Below are positions 1-14,358 of a stretch of DNA of 64,000 nt, in pieces; position 1 is the stretch's first letter, and every line of letters begins with the position of its first letter. The position numbers were made by a program, and so were the translations under genes. The stretch comes from Podarcis liolepis. Taxonomy: Eukaryota. The stretch lies in the NCBI GenBank assembly GCA_965112155.1, contig OZ218102.1. One strand, 5' to 3'. Below the pieces are notes generated by a model. It made no database searches and was not told the DNA's origin. It saw only the letters and a list, made by a program, of their open reading frames with translations.

Positions 1-206
1 AGGATGCTCATGAGAGGCATCTAATACGTTCTGTTGAATCACTCAAGGAAGTCTAGAAGTGTAACTTATTAAATGTGTATATTTTTGATGGCGTGTACCA
101 GCATCATTCTTAATGTCCTATTGTGTTGTGTGTTTAAGGTACGTGTATGTGCGTGTGTTTAAGGTTAGGACTATATACCTTGCTAATATATGTAGGTGAA
201 TAAGTA

Positions 207-459
207 CAGTGGTGCCCCGCAAGACGAATACCTCGCAAGACGAAAAACTCGCTAGACGAAAGGGTTTTCCGTTTTTGCATTGCTTCGCTAGACGAATTTC
301 CCTATGGGCTTGCTTCGCAAGACGAAAACGTCTTGTGCTTTTTTAAAAAAGCCGCTTGAAGAGGCGCAGTTGTGACGGACCGTGCTTCGCAAGACGGAAA
401 ACATCGCAAGACGAAAAGACTCGCGGAACGAATTCTTTTCGTCTTGCGAGGCACCACTG
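207..459. mobile_element. Tc1/mariner (Tigger/pogo-like) MITE
   Basis: TIR cagtggtgccccgcaagacgaa / ttcgtcttgcgaggcaccactg, TA on both flanks, internal cgcaagacg repeats. Confidence 0.92.
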
Positions 460-2156
460 TATTTATTATGGGGACCAGTATATCTTGTTTGACTCTGTTC
501 CCCAGTAGAGTATAAATTTATTTTGGATGTTCAGGATTTAAAGGTCTGGTTTTGAAGTCTTGAGGTTAGGTTTTACTCCCCCTAGAGGCAGGAACCAGTT
601 AGGCAGAGAGAGGTCATTGTTGTTCCCCTAGAATTCCCTCAAATTCTTAAAGGCACTGGCCACCATTCATTGTTAATTCATTGTGTGCTGTGTGTACTTC
701 CTTTTGTCTGTCCTAAATCTCCCACCAATCACTTTCTGGTCTTAATGAGGAAAGGAGGGTAACATCTCTCTATCTACTTTGTCTGCAGACTACGCCATGT
801 ATGGCTTTATAAACTTTGTATCAGGACATGCCACCTTCAAGTAAACCCAGTACAACCCATTTCACTGCTTGCTTTTGTCAGGGTGGGGTAGGAGTGCAGA
901 CATACTCAAGATTCATACCAGATTGGGGCTTCTCCCTAGAAAGTCCTTCGTGAACAAGTTGGAATAGTGTGTATCCCACCTGCTATTCTATTGTATTGTG
1001 TTATATGTCTTACGAAGCTCCAGTTTTTCTGTATATTTTGCTTGTGGCCAAATTCTCTTTTCTAAGTAAGGAGATAATCATTTTCACATTTAAATGTTCA
1101 TTTTCTCATATTTAACATTTTTAAAAAAACCACTTCCAAAGAAGCATGTGCAGTGTTTAAATGTTTGCCTAGATCAAATTAATGATCTTCTGTTTTAGAA
1201 AGCACAGTCATTGAAATCATTAGTCTCGTCTTCTTGCTCTGACAGAGAGATCCAAGAGCTGCAGCACTATCGTTCTTCTGAAATATCTGAGCTGTTTCCC
1301 TAATGGTTATATTGCTTTACTATGTCTCTCATATTCTAATCAATAGCATCCTGTCAGACTGAATGTTGTAGCAGTGCTTGTAATGAGCTCCTCCTACCAT
1401 GCTTAGCTAAGCCTATTTAAATGTTAGCAAATAAGAATCTTTCCTCAGCAAGTGCCTTCAGCTATTGTGCCATGTTCTCATTTAAAAATCTTATTCCAGG
1501 GGGAGCAAAATTTTTGTTCGACAAATTAAGCTGTAGAGATTTTTTTAAAATATATTTGTAAAGCAGTGGGTGAGGGGGGTCGAGATTGGATTGCAAAAGA
1601 AAAGCAACAGCCTGGGGAAAGGAATCCTATGGTTACCACCAATCATCTAGTTCCCTCTTCTGTAGTTGCTCTGTCTCTGGTCAGGTGTTGTATAAAGGGT
1701 CAGGTGTCACTTGTGTTCATTTTGTTAAAATCTCTTTATTAGCAGAACCATGTGGGTGGAAGCTTTTACACAGAATCTCCCTGTTGTGGGAGCAACCAAG
1801 GATCCCAGGTATATGTAAATTAAGCCTTGGGTTCAAACTAGATTTGTGCTGTCAAATATAGGATTTCCTTTTCTCGACTGCTACTTTTCTCCTGCAACTT
1901 CCCCCATAGTTGTTCCCTCCCATTTGCCCAGTAAACATGTTTTGAACCCCAGGAAATTGTGGGGACAGTGGATGGGGGGGTTGCAGAGGAAAATGACCAT
2001 CCTCTTACCTGTCTGATCCCATTTTGCCTGCTTGACAGTAGACATGGGACTAGCAATCCAGCATTTGCCACCAGACATGTAACTTCATCCTAGGCTTCTC
2101 TTTCTGATATTCCTGGAAGTTTCCCCTCATGTGAGATTTGGTGTGAGCTTTGGGCT

Positions 2157-2160
<4 letters not shown>

Positions 2161-2202
<42 letters not shown>
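2161..2202. repeat. (CT)n microsatellite
   Basis: About 21 perfect CT units. Confidence 0.97.
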
Positions 2203-2208
<6 letters not shown>

Positions 2209-3049
2209 GGAGGGCACGAGGAGAGCAGGGATTTATTTGGACATGGGATCTCCTGCTGTGCTTTCTTCTTCTCTTAGACCCTCTGTTGGCTAGGTGACCT
2301 GTCTTGTTTTAGTTCCTCTGCTGACTAGGTGATCTACCAAGGCATTCTTTGTTTGGAATGCCCACAACAGGTCCAGCTTCCAGGTAATGCCAGGTTCAAG
2401 TCCCTTGATGAATTCTTTAAACTATCAGGACAGTCATTTACATTATTTATGCCCCAGTTTCACCCCATATTTTATTGTTTCAACTATTGATACTAGTTTG
2501 TATGGGACTAGCCCTCCAAACGTACACAAACCATCCTATGTTTCTTGCCTAATGGCATGGCTTGTCTTCTAGCACAAAGCAGACGTCTACTCCCTGAACA
2601 TACTGGTAATACTTTGCAGGTTTTATCTGCCACACTATTTCTTTCCGTGATATTTTGGTAGAAACACATACGTGCGCATATGGTCTCTTTCTTACATTTG
2701 CTATCTCCTTTGTTGGGTATAATAATTATCTAAGATCCTGTACTTGGCTGAGTTGTGTCTTTCATTATCTGCTCTGCCTCCTAATTAGGGATGCTTTGAA
2801 ACTTCGGCAAGCATCCTGCATTTGCTGCCAACAGCCTGTCTGGTTCTAATTATTCAGCTTGGCTAATATGGACACTGTATATGCCATGTTAACTGCTGTT
2901 GAGTGCCAGATTTTTAATGCCAGTTACCATGCAACACTGCCTACAAGAATGGCACTGTTTACCACCAGGCCTTTTTTTTTTTTTTTTTAAAGCAATGATT
3001 GGTGTACATCTTCTGTCACTTGGCCTTTGCCATGTGGGTTATATGCTTG

Positions 3050-3200
3050 GGGGACGGCTCAGTAATAGATTACATGCTTTGCATGAAAAAGGTTCCATGT
3101 TCAATTCCTGGCGTCTTTCAGGTGTGGCAGGAAAAGACCCATGTCTGGAGAATTGGAGAGCTGGTAACAGTCATAGTTGACAATACCAAGCTGGTTGGAT
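3050..3200 (+). mobile_element. Degraded tRNA-derived squamate SINE
   Basis: A/B-box-like gctcagt...gttcaattcc head; similar copies at ~26378-26578 (+) and ~33495-33670 (-); boundaries approximate. Confidence 0.6.
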
Positions 3201-3543
3201 TAATACCTTATTGCCCTCTCTCCCATGATTCCAGGAACCTCATTGACCAACCTCACAATCTTAAACAGAAACAAATATAGGTGAAACTGGGTGTTAGAAT
3301 ATAAATGTATAAAAGCACAAATCAGTTACTTCTTCTGATTCACATCTCAAATTAACTGTAAATTCATAGGTTACCGAAGGCCCCTAGTACCATTGGCTGT
3401 GAAGAAGCTCCTTCAGATTTTGTGTGCCTATGTTTAAAAAACCAAAATAAGCTGGCTTGATTTGTGCAGTTCGGAGGGAAGGGGCTTTGACTATGTTGAT
3501 GTCACTGATGGTTTGAAACAGGCCAGGGATATTTTAAAAAGTA

Positions 3544-3785
3544 CAGTGGTACCTCGGGTTAAGTACTTAATTCGTTCCAGAGGTCCATACTTAACCTGAA
3601 ACTGTTCTTAACCTGAAGCACCACTTTAGCTAATGGGGCCTCCTGCTGCCCCCGCGCCGCCGGAGCATGATTTCTGTTCTCATCCCGAAGCAAAGTTCTT
3701 AACCTGAAGCACTATTTCTCGGTAAGCGGAGTCTGTAACCTGAAGCGTATGTAACCTGAAGCGTATGTAACCCGAGGTACCACTG
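3544..3785. mobile_element. Tc1/mariner (Tigger-like) MITE
   Basis: TIR cagtggtacctcgggtta / taacccgaggtaccactg, TA TSD, internal taacctgaa repeats. Confidence 0.93.
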
Positions 3786-4382
3786 TACATCTGGGTCAAG
3801 CACTGTGACAGCAATTAATGGTAAAAATTATGTTTCTCCTCCTTCTTAATAATGGGATCTGAGTCTGTTATTCACACATCCCTGAGTTAGAAGGCACCAG
3901 CACCTTCCATTGAAAGATTGGCCTTGTTAAGTAATTCCAAAGCTCTTGATGTCTGTATTTGCTGGCCCGGCACCTACCTCAGAATCTAGAGGAGGAGGAA
4001 GATGTTGGGTCCTGCAGTTTAAAGCATGTGGAATCCTTTCTGCATTCTTCAATGCCGCCTTCCTATCTCACCTCTTTCTCTGAATCTGTATCTTTCAGAG
4101 GTACACACTTTCCCCCCAATGATTGAGATGCCATGTCAATTAGAGAGGTGGGGGGGGCGTTAACAGAGCTGCCCAAGAAATCAATTGTCTTCTTTTCTGT
4201 TCTGGCTGTGTATGAAGCAGCACATGATGAGATTTTACACAATACCCAGTTAATGCTGTAGTCAGCAGCTTCAAAAGCAGCCTTTCTCAGCCTGGTGCAC
4301 TCCATCAGGTATAGCTTCCAGAAGCCCCAGCCAGCACTGCTGTCAAATCTGCTGATGGGGGTTGTAGTCCGAACATTTAGAG

Positions 4383-4709
4383 CAGGGGTCAGCAAACTTT
4401 TTCAGCAGGGGGCCGGTCCACTGTCCCTCAGACCTTGTGGGGGGGGCGCACTATATTTTTTTTGGGGGGGGAATATGAATGAATTCTTATGCCCCACAAA
4501 TAACCAAGAGATGCATTTTAAATAAAAGGACACATTCTACTCATGTAAAATCACCAGGCAGACTCCACAAATAACCCAGAGATGCATTTTAAATAGAAGG
4601 ACACATTCTACTCATGTAAAAACACGCTGATTCCCAGACCGTCCGCGGGCCAGATTTAGAAGGTGATTGGGCCGGATCCTGCCCCCGGGCCTTAGTTTGC
4701 CTGCCCATG
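4383..4709. mobile_element. hAT MITE
   Basis: TIR caggggtcagcaaact / agtttgcctgcccatg; 8-bp TSD ATTTAGAG at 4375-4382 and 4710-4717; internal ~57-bp duplication. Confidence 0.92.
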
Positions 4710-7700
4710 ATTTAGAGAGCCCTGGGTTGGGTAAGGGTGCTCTAAGAAAAGATGTTAGGAATAAGGATGGTGATCCCCGCCCCAATTTGGGCATCAGTTG
4801 TAAAAAGGAAGGGAAAGGTAGACAGTGCTGGAGTGGGTGGAGCCCTCTCCCCAGCCATCAAATGGATCATTTGAGTGGGCAATTGTCTTCCTCCTCTGAA
4901 GATATGTATGGATCAGCTCCTGTGTGTGTGTGCCCATGTGTCCACTATGTGTGTGCATGTGACAAGTTTGTGTGTGAAAGAGTGTGTATTGGTCTGATAT
5001 ACACACTGCTCGAATACATCCCCCAAGAGCGCATGTTACCCTCAGGCCAGAAAACTGTTAATTGTACCTGCCATATGGCTTCAAGGGAGATTCCCCATCA
5101 AATATGGGCTACTTTCTGCCTCAACCTAAACTCCCATTTCAGAGAAGGAGTGGGAGCATGCTGAGGCCATCCCATCCAGGTGGTGTCAAATAGGCTCTGT
5201 GGACTGAAATGGGAATTGGAGACTATGGGAGTAAGCTGCCTGATTCTGTCCTTGTTGGTCCATGAATTGACAGGGAGAGCAAACAAGAGAGTCTGAAGCA
5301 AAGGTTTTCTCAGGTCAGAGAGGCTGAGGCCTGGATACTTCAGAAAATGAATTTGGCAGTAGAATACTTGTCCCCTTCCCCGTTTGAACTATTATGCCTC
5401 TGAATTAATAGGAATTAATGCGCCCCTGTTCTCCTTTCACTTTTGAAAGAAGAGGTGTATTAATAATTGTTGCAATATACAGTGTGTTTATGGAATACTT
5501 CTCTGGAAAATTCATATAAAAGGCCATTATTAGACTTTTCCTTCTCCCTTTCCCTTCTGCCATTGTAATATATATAAGTAATCTGCTGAAGACAGAGCAA
5601 ATTTTGAAATCCATGTGTGTGCCGTTAAGCTCTTAAATCCATATTGGTGCTTACAGAAAATTGGCTTGTGGTTTAAAGGTGCGGAGCACCTGCCATTTCA
5701 TTCACTTCAAGCACTGCAGGAGTCCTGGCTGTTCAGTCTCTTTTGAAAATACATCCAACAATGATTTACTTAAGGGTCTAGATATAGATTAGAGTCTAAC
5801 ATTAGAGTCTAAATTCTGTCTGGGACAGCCAGCAAGCGGCTATGTGGCTGAGAACCAGGCTGGCCATCAGTAGTGTTAGTAGATGGGTGGGGTGGGGTTG
5901 GGCAGTGGGCTAGGGTCCAGAGGTGTCTGCCAGGTTTCCTGACCTCTTGCCAGTAGGGTATGGCAGGAGTAACACAGTGCTCATCCATTGTTGTTGGACG
6001 ACAGCTCGGATCCTACATGACAGCTGAGCAAAGTGGCTGAGGCCAATGGGAGTTGGAGTCAGACAATATCTGAAGGGCATCACTTTGGCTTCTCTGGACA
6101 GTGGCAATCCAGTTTATATAATATAAACTCATAAATGGCGTTGTGTAGGGCTGCCATACGTCCAGGTATAACCCCATAACTCTGTGATCCTCAGAGGAAG
6201 GTGTAGATAATAAAGATGAAAGTTAAATAAATAATGTTTTGTTGCATAGCTATTTGAAATGCGTGCCTGACGGACAGTGTCTTTTGAATTTTTCCAGTAT
6301 GGCACTTAAAATGTTGCAACTATTTTGTGACCAAGACAACGCTCTTTTGCCCAAGCTGCTCTGTTTTCTGTCTTTGTAAACAGGATTTAAGTTTTTGCAG
6401 TGATGCAGCAACTGTGTGAACCGTTTCTGCAACTGCTCAGCAATCTTCCATGGCATAAAGTACACTGTGCAGTATGCAGGATTGCACATCTGTAAAGGGT
6501 GCCATTAAGGGGGTGGTGGTGGTGGAAGCACTTATTGGTTTGTTTTGCCTATAGCAGTGCATCCATTAGCATTGGATGGCTCCACTTGCTGTGAATGAAA
6601 AGCAATCAATGCAGAGATGCATTTATCACAACCAAACCTTGCATCTTCTTTAAAGATTTCCTGGAGCAGCCAAGAAGGAAATAGTGCTGTGCTGCCTATT
6701 GAACTCTTGCTGCAGCTTAACCGCAGCAAGAAGCTGTAATCCTATTGTGCTTTCCCCGCTGTCTCCTGGGAAGCAAAAGGCATTGAAATGACTGAGCTGC
6801 TGTCCTGCCCCTTCCTCACCTGCCTTTCTAGCTGTAAATATAGTGTACGCCTATAAATAACAGTTTGTCGCACCTTGAAGCACGTTTCTTAACAAGAGGC
6901 GGTAATTTACTGAGGTGATAAACTGTAACTAATACTAGGGTATCATAATGGGTAAATAGATTAGCACCATGAGCCTCTGTATTTCACTTTCCAGGGAGTC
7001 CGTTCGTTCATTTAGTCTCTCGTAGATGCTTACCACAGCGTTTTGCAGCACAGCAGCTATGCCTGATGGTTCCAGAATCAATAGTCACATGTGTTGTGTT
7101 AGCTTGGCGCACATTAGCAAATTTAGCAGTGACTTCTGGTCACTGAGCCTCTTTGCCATTCATCCTGAGTCCTGCCTACACCCCCCCCAAAAAAAGAGGG
7201 AATTTATTGGCCCTGTCTATTATTAAATCTCCTGATTTGAAGGCATTAACTGCCCCCATTGTTTTGTTTCATAAAATAAGCATGAAAACAGATGTAAGCT
7301 CTTCATTTTGAAGTATTCATTTTGAAAGGAATGGTCACTGGGGAACCACACCCTTGTTTAAAGATCTCTAAAGAAAGGTTTCAAGCTTTAGTTAGTAGAT
7401 CAGTCATGTCAAGCTTGATTAATTGCTCAGAAAAAAATTAACAGGGAGGGCAAGTTTTCATTGGTGGGATTGTAGTTTAAGAAGGCCCTTGTTTCTATTT
7501 TTCCGAACTATTTTGCCTACTGTAATTGGAAATTACAATGGCTATAGTTGTGTATTAAATTGTCAATTGTCTTATACTTCTTTTAATATCAAAAGGGCAC
7601 ATATGTTGAGGTTTGGGGTAATATGCAAATTTATTTACATTTTTAAACTATTTTAATTTGGTTAAAAGATAGGTGAATAATAAGAAACATTATATGATTA

Positions 7701-10700
7701 GTTAATAGCCCTAATATAAACATAGTATTGGAACTATAATACTATAATGGGTGGAGGGGATGAACTGGAAGATGAACTAGAAATCATTCAAAGTTTTGTT
7801 CCAAAATGAATTTAATCCATCTTTAGTTCACCACAAAATTATGGGTGGTAATCAACTAAACTGGGCCCACTAATTTCAATAGATCTGCACTGAGTAAAAC
7901 TTAGCTGACTACTGTACTATCCTGTGGGAAATATTTTCAGGTGTAGTTTAGAATTTTTCTTCATTCCAAGCACGGAGCTCTTGTGGTTCAAGACTACCTC
8001 AGTCTTGAGGTGGGGAATTGTAGATTTGAATTATAATTCTTGCCATCTATCAGAGAGGAGGGTTCTGGCCTAGTCTTCTCTGTGGGCTTCTTGTTTTCTG
8101 TATGTAGGAGCATTATGCAATATGTGGCACAATCCGTTAAAACCTGTACTGTCTGATCCTTCCACTTTTCTGGACAGTCTGATGAACCTCTAGATTCTTT
8201 CTTGCTTGACTGAAGATTGTACCTGTTTAGGCACAAAATAGATTAGGGTATTTAATCTCTACCGATTGCTCCCCTTTTCATCTGTTTGACAAGGTCTCAA
8301 CTGTCAATATTTAATGTTGCATAGAGTAGATGTTTGTACACAAATAAGCTCTGCTTTCTTTCTTAATTCCCCCAAAATAAAACACTTATCCAGAACCATC
8401 AGTTAGCACCCCAAGTTTGACCATGTCTTGAGTTTTTATCAAGTGAAAAATCTTGGCCACCTCTTGTGCCCATCAGCCTTGCAGATTATTTATTGTAGGT
8501 CGGTTTTAAAACTGTCAACCTTTCCCTGTCCTGTGACGTACAGGGGAAACCTTGGTGGCTGAAGGATTGGGGTGGCCAGTGGGGTGGGGTGGAGATCAGG
8601 CTGTCTTTGAGTGCTTCAGCCAAAAGGACAACTTTCTTCATTTAAGGGAAGGAAGTCAAGAGGGAGATGGTTCTTAATGTTCAGTTCTGCAATGCCGAAA
8701 GCAATGCAGCGTAGCAATGGGCTGAAATCCAGGCATTAAACTGCAGCAGAAAGTAGAGCTGAGAGGGTCCATCTGTAAAATCTGTGCTCCTGTTTTATAG
8801 GGGGGGGGATGGGGGAAACGCAGCTGCTTGGCTGCTCTGTGTGAGAAGGAGAAACTGACTGTTGGCACCATCTGCGGCTGTCCTTTGTGCTTGCTGCTTT
8901 ATCTGTTCATTATAGTGTGATACTGAGTTTCTCGTGCTTTGAGTTTCAATGAGATGAGATGTGCCTAAATACAGTTGGGGCCTAAAAAAGCGGCAGCTAA
9001 AGCATGCTAAAGATGAATAGAGTAATCTGCAAATTAATTTTCTGTTTGTTTCATCTTACTGGAATGGGCAGAGCATGGTCATGTTCTTCAAAATCCAGCT
9101 GCACCAGATGGGTCTGTGGGTGGCCTGTGTGTATTCAATTTTCCTGGGCCACATGCAGCCTGGTACAGTGGAGGCAGGCTTCTGTAGCAGAGAGCGGTCT
9201 GGAAACTCTTACGTTTCCTCCCTGTCAATCTTCTGCGGCAGTGGGAGAAGATAGGATATGCTTTTGTTTCCGGTCTATGCTCATTTAATGTTCAGTCACA
9301 AAGACTTTGGAGGAGGTGGAAAAGAGCAATAACGGCACCATTTCACATTTCAGTAGGGGAAAAGATTCTTGGCAGGGTTTTCAGTCCCACTGTTACATAC
9401 GTTCAGGATATAAATTACTCATGCAAAAAAAGAAAAACTTTTTAAGAGCATTGTTGCATTTACTGTTTTATGTCCCCTCATTATTGCTGTGTAATCAACA
9501 CACATTTTAAAAGAGACTTGTGGCTTTAGACCATTTTGTTGTTGATAAACGAAATTGTAATTATAACCAGGGAGCGGGCAAGAAATACAGGTGCTTTGGA
9601 GGAATAATCACAAGTGGGTTGAATTCTGGGGGCCAAGGTTCCCTTCTGTCTCTAACTAGTACACCTGCCAAAAACCGAGAAACGCTAGCCAATGAGAGCA
9701 CAGGATACTGTTGCCTTGGTTGGTGCCCTCTGTGGAGAGGCTGGCCTCCTTCAGTCTTTGCTGAGGATTAGTGTAACTGAGAAACTCAGTTTTTGGAGTT
9801 GTTGCATTTAAATGCACTTCTGATTTGCTCGTTTTAGCTGTTTTCAGTGTGCTTTAATGCCTCAGCATAACTATGGGCTCATAGTTAACATGGAGAGGCA
9901 ATTTATGAGTATTAAAAATAAAATAACACCAGTTCAATTGAGAGGCATGTGCTTCATGTTGGATTGAAGGACAGCAGAGTGGGAGATCTTGCAGAGCTCC
10001 TGTTGATTTCTGTGATGTTTGTGCAAGAGAACTTCCCCAAGTACTTGTACTCCAGGATTGAGCCTTTGCTAACACATGGAGGCCATTTCTCCCTACCATG
10101 GGTGTCATAATATTTCTGCCTTCATAGAAATGTCCAGAAATCCCAGAAGTAAAAGATGGCAATGAGTAATTTCAATTTCTCTCTTCCCTGAAATTCTTCC
10201 TTTAACAAAACCCAAACAGCCACCTACCACAAACACAGATGTATGACGCATCTACCTAAAGGACGGCCATGCTGTGATGTTTTACGTTTCACAGTTGCAA
10301 CATATATGAATCAGATATTTACTTTCATGGATATTGATCTCACCTTGTTTACGCTGGGTGAGGGAAAACTTTCTTTCAGCTAACCAGGTGGTATTCTGCT
10401 GTTGCCACTCCTTCTCCTGCTTTTCCCCTTGTCTGTCTCCCACTGCAAAGCAGGTTTACTGGCACTCCTTTGCAGATTCATGTCACAGAATCATTAGACT
10501 GCTTCCTCCTTTTATCTTTATTTGCTGAGAGCATTATATGCTCACATTTGAGGAACAACTCACCCCTTGCATCAAAGCTACACTTAAGATGGATGGTTTC
10601 CATTCGACACCACCGTAATTGCGTTCAGCTTGTGTGGAGGTGCTCTGCATTTGCTTTTATGCCAACACTGGCTGCATTTACAGTTTTTCCAGAACACTTT

Positions 10701-11814
10701 GTTCATTTCTCCCCCTGCTTTCCCCCTCAGAACTCAAGTGGCCACAGTGTAATGTTAGATAGTGATTGTTATCTCCAGGCAACATAAAAGAGAGGGGAAA
10801 GAGGGAGGGCGAGTACCCTTTGTTGCTGGCACATTAGTAATAATGTGCCAGGGATAAAGGGTGAGCACAATTTGATCAAATGCTTGTTGACAGATTCTTT
10901 GGCTAATAGAGAGAAGGAGCTCACAGTAGTTCTCTGTGCTTAGAATGCATTAGTCCAGAGAATAGTGTGCATGCTGTCGTTAAGGGATTAATCACTAAAA
11001 GTGAAGAGGGGATATAGAAATTCTAAAAGAAAGAAAAAACAGTGAGCTTCCTCACCCTTCAGTTGTTATACCTACCCAGTTTTAAACCAGGGACCAGCAA
11101 CTAGTGAGATCGGTGTTTCTTAACTTCTTAATCAGTGGGCATGGTGGTATTTTCTCATATCCAAATCTGTCTGGGTTTGTGACGTCACGTCATCATGCTG
11201 ACTACATGATCTCTGATGGTCTGGGACCATGTAGCTGAATTATGTTGAAAGACATGACAGTGGAAAATTGGGGGGGGGGTTGTATCACAGGAGTTGCCAA
11301 AGCCTTCCTTTCATGCTGAAAATATTTTGCTTTCGAAAACTTGGTGCAGCCCATGAAATGTAGTCATTTCTCAAGGTGCTAAACACTAAAATAAGGCCTT
11401 GCATTTTAAAAATTGCTTTAAATAATAACTGGAGACTATTCTGATTTCAAATGAAGTGGTAAGGCTAGAAAGGACAGAAATGAAGGAAGAAGAGGGTTAT
11501 GGTACACAATTTTGGTGGACCAAGGTTTTAATCACCAAGGCAAATGAAATTACAGCAGAATACTTCAGAATAAAGTTTAATAAAACAGTTTATATCAGAG
11601 ATGAACCTGTGGCACTCCATATGATCTTAAATTCCAGCTCCCATCAGCCCCATCTACTATAGCCAATGGTCAGGGGTGATGAGTTGCTTGGGTTTTTATT
11701 GTAAGCATTATACTGGTAAATATCTAAACAATATTCTTCTCCATATATGTGTGTGTGTTCGTGACTGTAATACAGAATTCATTCTTCTAACCACTTTTGT
11801 GTTTTTGTTTCCAG

Positions 11815-11950
11815 CGCTGCTCTCGTCGTGGTGTGAGGAGCTGGGACGACTCTTGCTGCTGCGTCACCAGAAAAGTCGGCAAAACGACCCTCCTGGGAAG
11901 CTCCCCATGCAGCCGCCCATGAGCTCCATGAAACCCTCCCTTTCACACAG
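11815..11950 (+). CDS. ZMIZ1: ZMIZ1 coding exon (approx. human exon 8), first one in window
   Basis: ttccag|CG...CACAG|gtgagt; encodes [45 protein letters not shown], matching recalled ZMIZ1; 136 nt, phase 1 to 2. Confidence 0.97.
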
Positions 11951-14100
11951 GTGAGTCCCATGCAGGCCTTTGCCCTGCAAGAGCACACACAGCATTAGTT
12001 ACTGTGATCGGTGGTTTAACTGGAATGCCTGCTGCTAAGTAGGGGAAATAGCTGCATTTTATACGCAGGAAAGAGCGATAGAAATCCAAGCATTTGGAAG
12101 CTTGGCTATAACTCTGCTACATTTGCACCAGGCACTGATGTGAAGTGCATGAGTATGTGTTCTGATCAAACTTGAACCTCAGCCTCTTTGGATTCCACAT
12201 TGCTGAATTCCTCTTATTTAGTAAATTATTTCTTATATTTCTGATCTGTGTGGAATGGCCATGTTCAGATGTATTGGTGGCCAGGAATTATACTTGGGGA
12301 GATGAGCCAATTCACAAGCCGCTCCTCTCTTCCTGGAGTGGGGAAACACACCCAGGAGCAGCTGGTTTAGTGTCAACATGTGAACCAGAGGTTTGTTTCT
12401 CTCCAACAAACCATGAGTACTGGTTCATACTTAACGCTAAACCAGATGCCCCAGGTTATGTTTCCCTGCTCTAGGAAGTGAAGAGCCAGGTGGAGATTTC
12501 TTCAACTGCATTCATCGGCCAATTTCCCTAACCATGGATTTTGGCCAGCCTTGCATGCAAATGAGACCAATCAGTATAGGGGGGTTATGGAAAGGAGTGA
12601 GTGGCTCCAAATGCTTGCACTTTGGCACTTAAGATGGAAATCCAAGCTGGAGAAGAACTGACAGTTTTGCCCTGCGTGGTTCTCCTCCTCCCACCCCAGA
12701 CAAAGTTATGGAAGCTAATGGAGTGGCTTCGTTCCATTAGCTTGCGTGGGGAGTTTAGAAACCCTGCATGGCTGAAATCTGAGGGTGTGGGAGGCAGAGG
12801 GGCCTCCCTCCACTTGCTGAGGCCCAGGAGGAAAGGAGCCCCTCTTTCAGCCTCAGGTTTTGTTCCTGTCGGATTCTCCCATCCTTGTCAGTTTAAGCCA
12901 ATGGAAGAAAACTTCTCCACCAGCTTGTATAGGGGTGGGGTGGGCAGAGCAAATAATTTTTCTAAGCTCTTGGATTGGGTTTGAAAAATATCCCCCTGAG
13001 ATATCCCCCTCCTAAATAAAAAGATCTCAGGTTTTCTTTCTGTTAATTCAAGGCGTTCGGAGAATTTGCTTATTTCAACATGGCACCCTCTTTTCCCTTT
13101 CTCTGCTCCATCCTTTGAGCAAACAAGCAGGGCGAGAGGGTCATTTGGAAAAGGAAGCTCTACCTGAAACTTTCTGAATCATTTTTGGGTGATGTACCCC
13201 AAAAAGCAGAAGTGAAGTCAGCAAGGAAGTGGGTCTGCAGCACCCTCCACTCTCATTTGGCTCTGCTCAGAGTCCTTGGCCACTCAGCTCACTAACACCT
13301 CTCTCTGCCTTTCTCTCTTGTATCACTTGCTTCCCACTTATTTCCTGCTCTAGCCCACCATCCACTTAGGATCCTGCATTCTGCAGCACTAAGACTCTCC
13401 TGTTTTACTTGCTGATCCACAATCCCTCCATACACTTAACCCTATCAGCAGCACAAGGTGGCAAGGTTACATCACAAGGCAGGAAGGGTCCCCACTTTAA
13501 CACAGCACACATTGTCATGAGAGTCACTTAACCAAACCCATCAAATTTCCCTCTCTCTGTGGTCTTTTGTTACAAGCTTCTCACTGAGGATATTCTGTGA
13601 TCTGCCCTCATTATAATTGTACTCAAAAGATCAGAGTGTTGTCCTTTTTTTCCTGCTGTCTAGTCAAAGTTATCTGGATTCCCTCCCCTCTCTTTTGCCC
13701 CTTTCCTTCCCATGCACATTTGAGTGATGAGTGAAAAAAATAAGCAAGGACATAAGCTCCCAGGGGCATATTTATTGTATGTTTTCTTAAACACTCAAAA
13801 GTTACAGGAAAGAGACCAGTTGCACAGAATGGAAGCTTGGAGGTCCTTTTCTCCCTATATGTGTGGTGGTAGCTCTAGGACAAAGAAAGCTTGGCGAACT
13901 GGCTAGAAGTAGGCAGCCAGGCAGTTGCATGAATATAAAATATATGAAATATTCCACAAATGTTGAAGAAGAAGAATTGAGGGCCATGATCTCAAGGAAA
14001 TGATATCCACATGTTCTAGCTGACAGTTATATTAAAGAGTTCACAGTACCTCTTTCTAAGGATATTATAAATAGATCTTTCAATTCTGAAAAAATATGTA

Positions 14101-14358
14101 CCGTATTTTTTGCTCTATAAGACGCACCAGACCACAAGAAACACCTACTTTTTGGAGGAGGAAAACAAGAAAAAAAATTTCTGAATCTCAGAAGCCAGAA
14201 CAGCAAGAGGGATCGCTGCGCAGTGAAAGCAGCAATCCCTCTTGCTGTTCTGGCTTCTGGGATAGCTGTGCAGCCTGCATTCGCTCCATAAGACGCACAC
14301 ACATTTCCCCTTCCTTTTTAGGATGGAAAAAGTGAGTCTTATAGAGCAAAAAATATGG
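14101..14358. mobile_element. Tc1/mariner MITE (CCGTATTTTT TIR family)
   Basis: TIR ccgtattttttgctctataagac / gtcttatagagcaaaaaatatgg, TA TSD, central hairpin. Confidence 0.93.

Noticed and set aside
207-459. Recurring cgcaagacgaa motif resembling a CRISPR array
   Set aside because: Irregular spacing inside a TIR/TA-flanked MITE; these are subterminal repeats, and no cas genes are present.
4667-5164. 165-aa ORF
   Set aside because: It starts inside a hAT MITE at a non-ATG codon, crosses TG-rich sequence and has no recognisable homology.
1-11814. Upstream ZMIZ1 coding exons (MNSMDRHIQQ...KFTPKSA)
   Set aside because: No matching translation found; they presumably lie upstream of the window.
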